Below are positions 1 through 14,802 of a stretch of DNA of 64,000 nucleotides, piece after piece. The position numbers were made by a program, and so were the translations under genes. Source of the stretch: Eledone cirrhosa (taxonomy: Eukaryota). The notes beneath the pieces were generated by a model. It ran no database searches. It saw nothing but the letters and a program-made list of their open reading frames with translations, and had not been told where the DNA came from. Within the stretch, counting starts at the first letter, position 1. Each line of letters starts with the position of its first letter. The DNA is taken from the NCBI GenBank assembly GCA_964016885.1, contig OZ024740.1, positions 91,512,001-91,576,000 on the forward strand, written 5' to 3'.

Positions 1-138
1 CTATGAATAACTGGGACAAACCAATCCGAATGGATTATACTGATTCAGTATCAGAGCTATAGAATACATTATGAAGAGAGAAGAAACATTAGATATACTT
101 AGTAATAAGATATATCATACCTAAACTGCTTCAATAGT

Positions 139-190
139 CCCCGACTACGTAGTTTCGTGGCATATTATGCAAAAACACTACATCATAGAG
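139..190 (-). ncRNA. degenerate type I hammerhead ribozyme-like motif
   Basis: Minus strand: CUCU-AUGAUGU-[stem II GUG/CAC]-GAAAC-UACGUA-GUC-GGGG. Palindromic stem III and GUC triplet intact; core has 2 mismatches to CUGANGA. Confidence 0.4.
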
Positions 191-386
191 ATATATAGTT
201 TTTGTGAGGTCTGCCGACTTATCAAGAGGATATCTCTTTAAGGGTTTCAAAACACGTCTGTGATGCGCGAGATAAAATCTCGAAAAGGCGGAGGGGAAGT
301 CAATCACGTGAGATAGCAGTCAAGAAACAGAGCTAGGCCCCTTATAACCCTGAACAAAATATGTATTTTATAAATATATACAAAAC

Positions 387-446
<60 letters not shown>

Positions 447-448
<2 letters not shown>

Positions 449-887
449 CGAAGGAAATGTGGTAAGGAACCAGATGGACCATAACGCACCAACGTACTCA
501 ATACTTAGGGTAGTAGAGTGCGTAGTAGGAACGACTAGGAACCCGACGGCTGAGCTCAAGCCGTTTCGACGGCTAATTCTGGACTAAATGAAAATTGTTA
601 TCATGGTACATGAATAGCCGAGCTTCTCAGGGGGTAATTCCATATATGGTAAAAGTGATTGTCACAGGGATTGGTCAAAGTTTGTTGTTGAGACACATAA
701 TTCTATCATGGCATTTTGTGGATGGAAAGGGTAGCTGAACTAGCCAGTAGAAGAAAGAGGGAGACAGTGTGGAGGAAAACCAGTCGTGCGTTGATAGTGC
801 CAACTACAGCAGGGTCCTATTCATGTACCAGCATAACCATTTTCATTTAGACCAGAATTAGCCGTCGAAACGGCTTGAGCTCAGCTG
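447..887. mobile_element. family-A hammerhead fold-back element (PLE 3'-end type) in (TA)n
   Basis: Left arm closely matches 29007-29220 and, reverse-complemented, 53001-53140. Inverted arm ~818-887. HHR on minus strand at 540-635 (core CUGAGAA). Confidence 0.75.
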
Positions 888-1052
888 TTTATTTATAATT
901 ACGCTGTTTATTTATAATTAACTCCGTATTCGCACATCCAACTACACAAACAAAGATGGGTGAACTGCATTACGTTGAGTAGTCTCCATAATATTACACC
1001 AAGATTGACCAGTCGGAATGACCAATGTTATCCATTGGTGAACCAACAAACC

Positions 1053-1094
<42 letters not shown>

Positions 1095-1225
1095 GCAAAG
1101 GTTTTATTTTAAATTGTTGGGTTACAACAAGTAAATATTTTATAACTGATATAAAGCACTCGACAAGTTTTTGGAGTATATATACGATATTAAACAAATG
1201 GAAACTATATTTATAAAACCATATT

Positions 1226-1297
1226 TATTTCATTATACATATTTCAGGGATACCATATTAAAAATATGGCATCCCTTCGTCAGATAAAATACAATAT
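1226..1297 (-). ncRNA. minimal type I hammerhead ribozyme (family 1)
   Basis: CUGACGA (1283-1277), stem II AGGGAUGCCAUAUU/AAUAUGGUAUCCCU, GAAA (1245-1242), U-AUGU-AUA, stem I UAUUUUAU/AUGAAAUA. Confidence 0.85.
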
Positions 1298-1389
1298 ATA
1301 AACAGTTTCATAAATAATGTTGACGTACCATATTATAAGCGACCATTAAATTAGGAAGCTCTCTGGGTAGTGATTTTTTAATACTTATT

Positions 1390-1880
1390 CAGTTATAGTG
1401 TTAAGCACAGTTAGAAAAAAGACCGAGAGAAAGAAGAAACGGAGGTAAAGAAAAAACAGAGAAATAGAGGGGAGAGAAAGAAAGGAGGAGGTGAAAAGGA
1501 ACAAGGAAGAAATAAGAGAGGCAAACGAAAGCAACAGATAAATAATAATTCACCATACATATAGAAACACTCAAGAGAGAGGGAGTACTATATATAGAGA
1601 GAAGGATAATAATTATTTAGTTATAGAGTTAAGCACAGTTAGAAAAAAAGACGGAGAGAAAGTAAAAACTGGAGATAAAGAAAAAGAAAAAAGAAAAAAA
1701 CAACGGAGGGAGAGAGGGGGGAGGAAAGGAAGAGAGAGAGAAAATATAAATATATAGGAGGAAGTGAAATAGAAACAAGAGAGAAATAGGAGAGGCAAAC
1801 GAAAGCGATAGATACATAATCATTCATCATACACAAACACAAACTCAAGAGAGAGGAGAAAGTGCTATATATAGAGAGAG
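1390..1880. repeat. two-copy degenerate purine-rich tandem duplication within the PLE arm (mirrored at ~5050-5545)
   Basis: GTTAAGCACAGTTAGAAAAAAAGAC..GAGAGAAAG near 1399 and 1628. Confidence 0.7.
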
Positions 1881-2134
1881 GGATATAGTTACATCTTTAC
1901 GTCATGTCATATCAATTTGAATTATCAATTCATATGAAATGGATAATAAGAATGCAAATATCGATATTCATGAATGAGACAGATATATAATATGAGAAAA
2001 TAACATTGTTCAATAATGACCATATGTTTAGTTTAATACTCTGAGGTCAATATACCAAAAACGATATAATTTCTATCATCCAAGGAATCAAATTCAAGAG
2101 AAACTTCAAAGGCCAGGACTATCTAAGATGCATT

Positions 2135-3951
2135 ATGGATAATATTGAAGGCTTGGAAAAAACAGAGAAGATCTTATTGAAATTGGACAAAACCGATAAC
2201 CTTTATGGATTACAAAAGGACATGTATAACGGCCTTATATTGAAAGAACTAAGGAAAAAGTACAAGGTAGCAAGTAAGGACGAACTGGAAAAAATGAATA
2301 CAGAGGCATCTTGTATAATGCATGAATTAGATATTGAGAATAAAACACAACCCTTCATGCCTAGCAAACCCAATATCAATATGAAAGATCACAAAAGAAA
2401 TTTTGAAAATGATTTGCCAGTCAGATTGATTGCACTGTCAAAATCTGACCTGGGAAAACTTAGCAAAATCATTCTAGACAGAGTAATAGAGCAAATTAAA
2501 AACCTACATAATTTACCTTACTTAAAGTTATGGAAGGGGACTGGTGAGGTTATTGAGGGGTTTAAATAAATTAAATATAACTATAATAATAAGTTGATTC
2601 AACTTGATATTGCTAACTACTATTCATCTATCACTCCCAATCTACTGAATAAGGCACTAAATTACGCATTTAAACATACAGACCTAACTAGCAATGAAAT
2701 GCACATTATATTATCGGCAAAGAAAACATTGATAGAATTTAATAACCAACTATGGATTAGGGCAGATAGAGATAATAATTTTGACATAACTATGGGATCA
2801 TCTGACTCAGTTCAGGTAACGGACCTTGTGGGCCTATTTATAATTAATTCGCTGCATAGAAAAATACCAGGTGTAACCGGAGGATTATATCGTGATGACA
2901 TGCTTTTACTTATTGAAAATAATAACTGTGAACTAAATAGAAAAAGAAACAAATTATACATTTTTTTAATTACCTTAATCTAAAATAGAAATAGAGAATA
3001 ACCATAGAATAGTCAATTTCCTGGATGTAATACTAAATCTCTACACATGTCTTCACTATCCATTTCACAAACTAAATGAGAACTTGAATTATGTCAATTT
3101 TAACTCTAATCACCCCAGATCTGTTAAAAATACTATAGAGAACTCTGTTCAAGAACGAATTTCAAGAATTTCATCTAACAAGAATATTGTTGATGAAAAA
3201 GCGCAGTATTACAATGAAGCGTTAGCTAGAGAACGATATAGTGATAACATTAAGTACATCGATAATAATAAGCAAACTAACCAAAATAATAACAATTTTA
3301 ATTACGGTAACAACATTAACAACTATAATAGAAAACATTACAATAATTCCAAAAGCAGAAAAAGAAATAGAACTAGAAATATAATATGGTTTGCCCCCCC
3401 CCTTTTTTCACTAAATATTAAAACCCATATTGCTAATCTATTTTTTAATGCTCTTGACAAACGCTTCCCTAGAACACATAAACATCACTCAATTTTTAAT
3501 AGACATACTATAAAATTAACTTATTCGTCCACCAAAAATTTAGCACAAAATATTAACAGAATTAATAATAGGAATTTAAAACCTAACCAAAATACCATGT
3601 AGTATACAATTGTAATGTTAAAACTAACTTAAATTCTTTCAACTATGTTGGTTCAACCTCGACAGAATTTAAACTACGCTTCAATAATCATAAGAATTCT
3701 TTCACAGATCCAAACAAAAAATCATCAACTTCGCTATCAAGCCTACTCTGGCAACTTAAACGAGATAATGTTGAGTATTCGATGTTTTGGAATATTGTCT
3801 CAAAGGGAATTCCCTTTAATTCCTCATCAGAGACATGTGATCTCTGTGTGGAAGAGGTATTCTTTATATTAAAGTCCAAAAAGTCCCTTAATTTAAGGAG
3901 CAATTTATTCAGTTGCTGCAGACATAGATTGAACTCAACGTTTAAATATTA
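2135..3951 (+). pseudogene. PLE reverse transcriptase + GIY-YIG endonuclease, disrupted
   Basis: Motifs DKTDNLY, QLDIANYYSSI, MGSSDS, GGLYRDD, SNHP, WFAPP, and VYNC...YVGST...CDLC...CCRH in the frame from ~3599. Stops and frameshifts; CxC linker absent. Homologous to 36251-38389. Confidence 0.9.
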
Positions 3952-5635
3952 ATATAAATTTAAAATGTAGTATAATTAATTAAGAAATGTAGTTAATATA
4001 TGTAACCTGACGATACAAAATTTGATTCCTTCACCTTTTTCTTTTTAAACCTTCTTCCTAAATATAAACAAAGATGTAATAAACTACTCTAAAGTGTATA
4101 TGCTCTCAATGTATTAAATAAATTTTACGCAAGATAAATTTCTATACTAAATATAAGGGCATCCGTAGAATCACTGGGTCTTCTAAATCTTTTAAATAAT
4201 TTTTGTTAAATAATTTTTGGTTTTTATTTGTTATTTGACTTTGATAGCTTATAACTAACTTTGCAATATATTGTTTGAAATATGGGAAGGGTACATTTCT
4301 GTAGTAAATATATGAAGCATATTGTTTTGGGCCTGATATATTCTATAATGTGTTGAAAGCATTTTAATGTTTTGATGTTTCTGTGCTGATATATTGATAT
4401 TTGATTATCTCTATACAAAGGCCATATGTGTACTAACATGCAAATATAGGGTTTATAGAGTTTATTTTGTGTGTTCATGTGTCTGTTTATGTGCGTAGAG
4501 ATGCTGGTAAACTCACGCAGATTTTATATATACATATATATATATATATAGGTATGGTTTTGTATATGTTACAGATATGCATAACATTAAATACATAAAC
4601 GGTAATCATATATGTGAGAACATGAATATTAATCGTATATTTATGTATATATACAGTGAAATTTTTATAACACAAGACATTTTTTGTATGACACAAGAAA
4701 TTATGAGTTTGATCAGGTGAAGTCATGTGTTGTCTATATTATTGACTAGAGTTAGACATAATTTTCTATTTTTACTTTTTTCAGAAAGTACATATACGTA
4801 TATATATATATACATATATATTTCCGTATTTTTATAAGTAGGGTAATTTTTTCAAGGTTTTATCTCAGATTTTGGTATATTGACCTCAGAGTTTTAAACT
4901 AAACATATGGTCATTATTGAACAATGTTCTTTTCTCATATTATATATGTATGCCTCATTCATGAATATCGATATTTGCATTCTTATTATCCATTTCATAT
5001 GAATTGATAATTCAAATTGATATGACATGACGTAAAGATGAAACTATATACCTCTCTCTCTATATAGCACTTACTCCTCTCTCTTGAGTTTGTCTTTGTG
5101 TATGATGAATTATTATGTATCTATCGCTTTCGTTTGCCTCTCCTATTTCTCTCTTGTTTCTCTTTCACTTCCTCCTATATATTTATATTTTCTCTCTCTC
5201 TTCCTTTCCTCCCCCTCTCTCCCTCCGTTTTTTTCTTTCTTCTTTCTTTTTCTTTATATCCAGTTTTTTTGTTTCTCTCCGTCCTTTTTTCTAACTGTGC
5301 TTAACACTATAACTAAATAATTATTATCCTTCTCTCTCTATAGAATACTCCCTCTCTCTTGAGTTTTTCTATATGTATGGTGAATTATTATTTATCTGTT
5401 GCTTTCTTTTGCCTCTCTTATTTCTTCCTTGTTCCTTTTCACCTCCTCCTTTATTTATCTCCCCTCTATTTCTTTGTTTTATCTTTACCTCCATTTCTTC
5501 TTTCTCTCCGTCTTTTTTCTAACTGTGCTTAACACTATAACTAAATAAGTATCAACAAATCACTACCCAGACAGCTTCCTAAATTAATGGTCGCTTATAA
5601 TATGGTACTTCAAAATTATTTATAAAATTGTTTAT

Positions 5636-5711
5636 ATATTGTATTTTATCTGACGAAGGCATGCCATATTTTTAATATGGTATCCCTGAAATATGTATAA
5701 TGAAATAAATA
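5636..5711 (+). ncRNA. minimal type I hammerhead ribozyme (family 1), sense to the PLE ORF
   Basis: CTGACGA 5650-5656, stem II, GAAA 5688-5691, AUA triplet, stem I pairing as in the 1226-1297 copy. Confidence 0.85.
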
Positions 5712-5795
5712 TGGTTTTATAAATATAGTTTCCATTTGTTTAATATCGTATATATATAATATATATATATTATATATATATATATACATAAACAT

Positions 5796-5884
<89 letters not shown>

Positions 5885-5944
5885 ATATACATATTCATAC
5901 ATATACATATATACAAATATATATATATATATATATAAATATAA

Positions 5945-6046
<102 letters not shown>

Positions 6047-6061
6047 TTATATATATACATT

Positions 6062-6104
<43 letters not shown>

Positions 6105-6272
6105 CTGATAGCACCCCTTATTTTTCATTGTTTATTTTTCAATGTTTATTTTATCATTATTTTTATTTTTATTTTTATTTTTACTTTTACTTCCTTACTA
6201 TCCTTTATCTTTTATTATTTTTCATTCTTCAATGTCTTGGATTTGTTATTGCTTGTGTGGTATGTAATTAAC

Positions 6273-6330
6273 CTTTATGCTCTGATGAGACCCACTTATA
6301 GTGCGGATGAAACAATGTTAGCAAGTAAAG
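6273..6330 (+). ncRNA. type I hammerhead ribozyme (family E) in a short PLE 3'-end fragment (~6105-6365)
   Basis: CUUUAUGCU-CUGAUGA(6282-6288)-GACCCACU UAU AGUGCGGAU-GAAAC-AAU-GUU-AGCAAGUAAAG; stem I UGCU/AGCA. Homologous to 48610-48661. Confidence 0.75.
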
Positions 6331-6440
6331 ATATGCATATGCTATAGGCGTTCTTTGTTATTTATTATATATATATATATATATCTATTATATATATACA
6401 TATACCTACATACATATATATATATATATATTATATATGG

Positions 6441-6513
<73 letters not shown>

Positions 6514-6517
6514 ATAT

Positions 6518-6697
6518 AATTGTTTCTACTATTTGCACAAGGCCAACAATTAACCAGTACATTACTGGTACTTTATTTTATCGACCCCGTAAGGGTGAAA
6601 GGCGAAGTTAACCTCGGCGGGATTTGAAGTGAGAATGGCAAGGGCAGTAACTCTATGCGTCAAAGCATGTCGTCCGACCCTCTACAGATACTGCGAA
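6518..6697 (-). mobile_element. tRNA-derived SINE with Meta-like core
   Basis: Minus strand: B-box-like TTCAAATCCCGCC followed by GCCTTTCACCCTTACGGGGTCGATAAAATAAAGTACCAG. Homologous to 56296-56444. Confidence 0.75.
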
Positions 6698-6953
6698 TAC
6701 CTTTGAGTTTCACTTTCACATTTACTCCAAATGACCAAAATAGAGGAGTATGAAAACAGGGCCTCAACAATATTTCTATGAACAATGCACGCAAACAGCT
6801 GAACTGTACATTCAACTTCTTAATTTTTTACAAATAAAGCAAGCTTCCTGTCGGTATGTTTTTCGCACTCACAAGGAAACGTTTCTCATTTGAGGCGTTA
6901 TCAGCAAGGTTCATACGGGTGCTTCGCCGGGATACACTGCTATTTATATATAT

Positions 6954-7015
<62 letters not shown>

Positions 7016-7212
7016 AAATATATATACTATATATATATGTATACATATACATATATATACTATATATATATATATATACATATACATATACATACATACA
7101 TATATATATATATATGTGTGTGTCAATTTCATACTTATATATACATATACATACATATATATATGTATATATGATATATATATTATATATATATATATAT
7201 ACATATACATAC

Positions 7213-7791
<579 letters not shown>

Positions 7792-7792
7792 C

Positions 7793-7834
<42 letters not shown>

Positions 7835-7835
7835 T

Positions 7836-8025
<190 letters not shown>

Positions 8026-8030
8026 GTATG

Positions 8031-8063
<33 letters not shown>

Positions 8064-8080
8064 TAATATATATATATATA

Positions 8081-8388
8081 TAAGACCAAAAGATGGTTAA
8101 AAGAGTTTCATGTATTTTATTATGCGCATTTCAAAAACAAATATCATCATGCAATAACATTTGTGTTTTCATCAGATAATACATGAAGAAATTATATGAA
8201 GGTTAAAAACCACTTGTGAATAGTGCAGTTTTAAAACAACATAATGAAATGCGCATAATAAAGTACATGGAACTCTTTTAACCATATTTTAATCTTATAT
8301 ATTATGTATACTCCAGTCCTACAAACTGTAGAGTGCTTCTTATCCGATATCTGCATTGCTTTATTGTACTACAATAAAACTCACCTCC
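8081..8388. mobile_element. family-B hammerhead fold-back element
   Basis: Minus-strand HHR: CUGAUGA (8175-8169), long stem II, GAAAU-GCGC-AUA, stem I CAUGUAUUAU/AUAAAAUACAUG. Inverted arm from ~8244 plus tail. Matches the PLE 3' end at 21158-21415. Confidence 0.82.
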
Positions 8389-8467
8389 TATATATATACA
8401 TATATATATATATATACATATATATATTATATATACATAAACATATTATATATTCATATATAACATA

Positions 8468-9226
<759 letters not shown>

Positions 9227-9379
9227 ATATACAAGGAAGGTTAATCAATCCATAAGGTTTATATCTTTGAAGTTCTAGTTAAATTTTAATTAGTTACCTC
9301 ACATAGCTGTGTGTGCTTACACACTTTTACAGATTATCCCCTGTACTTGTTTCATATTTTTAATTTAGATATATATATC

Positions 9380-9848
9380 AATCAATATCTAGTTGTTGTA
9401 AAACGGTCGGATCTATTCATTGGAATCTTGGAGCATATTTTTATAGATGAGATTCTACGGGACTAGAACTGTTTCATTCTTTAGAAATCATCAGGAATCT
9501 GGGTATCAAAAAATAAATATGGTATTTATCGGTCTCTTCAGGTGGTAGGAGAGGGTGAAATATAAGCTTTGTAAGTAAGAGAGACTTAAAAATAGGAGTG
9601 GCACCTCATTCTGAACTTGTTTTTATAATTCTTTCTGCCTTTGTTACTCTAAATATAAATTATAGCTTTAAAGTTCAGCTCTTAATGAATACCCTTTTCT
9701 ATCAACGAATGACCTCTACCCTTCCCACTCCACACCCTCTCCTACCATCTGAAGAGACCTATAAATACCATATTTATATTTTGATACCCAAATTCCTGAT
9801 GATTTCTAAAGAATGAAACAGTTCTAGTCCCGTAGAATATCATCTATA
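9380..9848. mobile_element. family-D inverted-repeat element with hammerhead-like cores
   Basis: Arms 9442-9557 and 9733-9848. Each has CTGAAGA...GATAC and CTGATGA-TTTCTAAAGAAT-GAAAC...GTC. Left arm carries the extra tail. Confidence 0.6.
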
Positions 9849-9943
9849 TTAAAACTATATATATATATATATTAAAACCGTTATACTCTGCTATGTATTG
9901 AGTAACATACTTACTGTGGTTACCTCCTTCACGGAATAACGTA

Positions 9944-9992
<49 letters not shown>

Positions 9993-10205
9993 ATATATAT
10001 ATATTATTAGAAATGTTATCTTTCACCGTATTTTGACTAAATAAAATAAAGAAATTATTTAGCCTGATAGTGGGATTAAGAACCCTCGGTGAATTGGAAA
10101 CAGATGAGTATTGACGTACATGTACCGCGAAATATTACATTTCTAATAATTTCAAACTCACTCGCTGTTTCGAAAATATTCTTACTTAATATATGTATAT
10201 ATATG

Positions 10206-10394
<189 letters not shown>

Positions 10395-12271
10395 ATATAT
10401 ATAATATATATATGTATATTTATATATGTATATCATATGGCAATTGTATATATTGATTCTACTCTGTATCTCTATATATACCATTGCCATATGTGAGTTC
10501 TCTAGTATTCTGATGATTTGATCACAGTTAAATATTGTATTGAAGGTCGAGTGACGCAACGTCGTGTGGTTAGCGCATTTTAGACTCAGCTGATGAATGA
10601 AACCATTGTTAATACTTGAAATAAAGCTCCTTGTTGTACAGCCGACCATGTTTTTCTTCAATCTTTCACTATTTAACTATTATTCCTCCAAGTATAATCG
10701 GCATAGGAATTCTTTCGAACTCGCTACCTAAATATTGAAACATTTTGTTGAGTCAAACAAAGCCGTACGTTAAAACTATCCATAATACAGAGTACTCACA
10801 ACCTCTCACTGGATTACCTATAACGATAACCTGTTATCCCACATATATATAAACAAAAGGTTAATACAATTCGAGGTGGAGCGCGAGTGTATTAATAGTC
10901 ATATAGTAATGAGAAGTTCAACGCAAAGATAGCTGCCTAATTATCAAAATTCCGTCAATGACGGCGTTGGGTAAAATTCCACCTCAAAGGACAGGGATAA
11001 ACAGTTAGTGGTGTGCTAGTCCGAAGAAAATGAACGATACACAAACACACAAGCTTATGTTAAATAAAAGATACATTATAAGAGAGAGCGATAAATAAAC
11101 AGATAGATAGATTATACGTAGTAATTAACTTACCTGTCTTTAACATTAATGCTTGCATCAAGATGCCTCAGCAAATAACGAAGACTTGTTTGATAGTAGG
11201 ATTGAACCACACCAACCACTATAGATATAACCGGAGTCGCCACCCTATGGTTTTCAACTCATTTAACTTACAGTTCTACGACATATAAGAGGAAACCTCC
11301 TTCAATCCTTCGAACCCTACAAATCCACCGCAGGTTAGTGGCTACATGCTTCATCAATAACGAAATAATTCATAGGAATTGTTTCATTATTGGGAATTAT
11401 TTCATTTTTTGAGAATTTTACTCAGAGTGCAGGAAAAAAAAACATGAGACATATTGTTCAACACCATCATTTATCATCTCATTGCATAGTTTGGCGAAAT
11501 TATATTAACTTTACAAGAGGATAATCAACGATCGTTTCCTACTTTATAACTCATCAGTACTTTATGAAACTGCAACAATGCCACATGTATCACCACAAAC
11601 TGGATATATTTTGCGTATATATTCCATCAATTCTCTCCAAGAAATATAAAACGTAATCCCGACCTACATAGTCAACAACGTGTTTTATGCACAACGTATT
11701 AGAATTATATGTACACATTTACACCCCCCCCCCCCCATATATATATGCATATACATATATATGGGCGGGTGGGGGTGGGGGGTGTTGGTTTAAGAGCGTA
11801 TATTAAACGACTTTTAGTTTAGAATACTTAATTAACATTCCTCATCTGAGTTCCATCGGTTCGATATTTTGAAATAGAGATATTTAAATCAATTTGTATT
11901 ATACGTTCTTTGAACATAATTATGCATTCTACATTCTTCAGTTTATCTCTTTCATCCTAGTTCTAGTTCATAATTTATTCATACAACAGCTACTATTCAT
12001 ACATAAACTATTCATACATTTGGCGTTGTTATATATGTCCTTACTTCCTTATATATTGACCTAGATTAAATAACTTTGTGCATAACAGCTACATGTAAAT
12101 GTTGGATACTTTGAAACTGAATGTAATTGTAGTTTATATGTCGTAAATATGTTAATTATTAGGTATCAAATACCATGCATAGCATTAAAAAATACATTTC
12201 GTTTTAAAGGTAGATGTGCGATAAAGAACGTCAACCATTAATATGATTATTGCTGTTCAAACTTCATCACG

Positions 12272-12378
<107 letters not shown>

Positions 12379-12383
12379 TATAC

Positions 12384-12443
<60 letters not shown>

Positions 12444-12501
12444 AGATAGATAGATAGATATATGTGTGTGTATATATACAGATACATACAAACATATATA
12501 C

Positions 12502-12548
<47 letters not shown>

Positions 12549-12879
12549 TACATACACATATATATATATATTTAAATATATAATATATATATATATATGC
12601 GTGTGTGGTGGTGCGTGTCTATGTTGGTGTGTGTCTCTGTGTGTCACTAATTAAAATAATGTTAAACATATTCAAATCATCTCAATGGAAGCCATTAACA
12701 TTTAATAACTTGTTCGACTTGAGAATTTTCTTGTTACATATATGTTTGTTAATTTAGCATTTAACCTATACTGCTGTGTTCATATATATGTTTACACATA
12801 AACACACTCATGCACACACACACATCCACACAATCATACATATACAAAACCGCACAGACACCCACATACACACATACAT

Positions 12880-12944
<65 letters not shown>

Positions 12945-13216
12945 ATATAAAAAGGTATTGTAACAGGAAAATCAAAAATGTCTAGGCAAGTAGTAACGTT
13001 TAGAAGGAGACAATATATCTAGAGTTAACATATGTGTCTGTACAACATGAGTCTACTTTGAAAAAGGTATTTGGTAGACAATCTTCCATATTTATTTTAT
13101 TTTCATATTTGATTCACATGAACAAAATTTAACCTGACATCTCTGCACATATATATGTATATGCTCACCCACCTCTCTCTCTCTCTGTACATATATGTAT
13201 ATATATATATATATAT

Positions 13217-13278
13217 AACGAAGTACAGAATTAGCCGTCGAACCGGCTTGAGCTCAGCCGTCGGGGTCTTACTTGTTC

Positions 13279-13280
<2 letters not shown>
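13217..13280 (+). mobile_element. minimal family-A insertion in (TA)n
   Basis: 7 nt of the inverted long terminus (AACGAAG) joined to CAGAATTAGCCGTCGAACCGGCTTGAGCTCAGCCGTCGGGGTC...TTCCT. Confidence 0.75.
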
Positions 13281-13345
<65 letters not shown>

Positions 13346-14769
13346 GAGTGAGGTAAATGCGTAGTTGTACGCGTTAAAGAGTTGTTTATGTGTGATACAC
13401 ATTTCAATGATGGTCGTGGCCACTCAATTTTACGTAACCATTCACGAGATCTCATCAGACAACATCATTATACGGCCACAGAGTTCAATTCGGCAGAAGA
13501 GATGTAGTTTGCTGTTAATTTCGGTGTCTAGCCGTTGGTAGCAGTCATCAACCAGTATATGTGTTGGTGTGTGTCTCACCACTACACCTTTATGTTAAAG
13601 ATCTACAACTTAGCATTTTTCCCCATTCTAATCATACTCCTTCATTTTTGTTTTGTAGACGTAACACGACGTTATGTGCCTGAAGTGCACTGCATCAATA
13701 TTTTCCCGTAAGTATATATATATATAAGTGTGTGTGTGTGTGTGTGTTTGTATGTATATGTGGGTGTGTGTGCCTGTGTGCGTGCGTGTTTGTGTGTGTA
13801 TGTGTGTGTGTATGTGTATGTGTCTGTGTGTGTCTGTGTGTATGCTAATACGAAGATTAATTTGTTAATGGCTTATATGGGACTAGTAATGTAACATGTC
13901 TGAATTATGATATTGCTAATACAGGACAGTATAACGATTCGAATTGATTAAAGGGGTGTGATTACAATTTGCTTGGATTCTGATGATATGGATTGGTTTG
14001 GATTCGTTGACAATATCCCTGTTTTGTATAATTTTCAATGGAAACTGTATTACATTTTATTTAAATATATTATTCATACTTCATCGTGCCATCTAAGAAC
14101 CTACGTAATTACCTATCCTCATGTTACATATACAACAGATAAACAATATTAATATTGGTGTATGTATGCTTTATAATAACCAACTCTCCTACACGTATCG
14201 CTGCAGTGTATTCTACCGTGTTGTTTTGAATGGACAATAATCTGTAACGTGTTCATGGAATATTTTATATAATGTATAGTATATTTAGTCTGCATATATA
14301 AGTACATACAAAACATAGTTTGAGCTTCTAGCACCAGTAAATATGTTTTTATGTATACATACAATATCGGCACTAAAATTGTATTGTTAGAAATGGGCTT
14401 AGATTCATTCGTAGTTTAAATATATAATGAAACCAAATATATGTAGCGTATAAAGATAGGTTTTATATGGTAGAGCATAGAACGAAACATTAGAAATTCA
14501 CACAAACCATAATCATCCCCATTGTTATTCTGCAAATTAACATCCAATATTAACCCTAGCTACAGGCTCTAGATGCAATAACCAAATACATTTTAAAATA
14601 AACGACATAGGCATCCATTTTCACTTACGTCACTCTTACGAAAGCAGAATACGTTCAAAGTGAGAATAAAATCGATACGTACATGGATATACGTGGATTG
14701 TGTTAAAATGTATAACATGTAATTAGCACTAATTACCATTAATCAATGTATCATTCCTTATTGACACGT

Positions 14770-14799
<30 letters not shown>

Positions 14800-14802
<3 letters not shown>

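Larger units (their letters stand above)
1095..5748 (+). mobile_element. 5'-truncated Penelope-like retroelement with inverted 3'-end duplication, inserted in (TA)n
   Basis: RT and GIY-YIG remnants 2135-3951. ~1186-2060 is the reverse complement of 4870-5748, with an extra tail at 1095-1185. HHR in both arms. TA tracts on both flanks. Confidence 0.9.

Noticed and set aside
10585-10630. CTGATGA...GAAA at 10590
   Set aside because: No convincing stems I-III.
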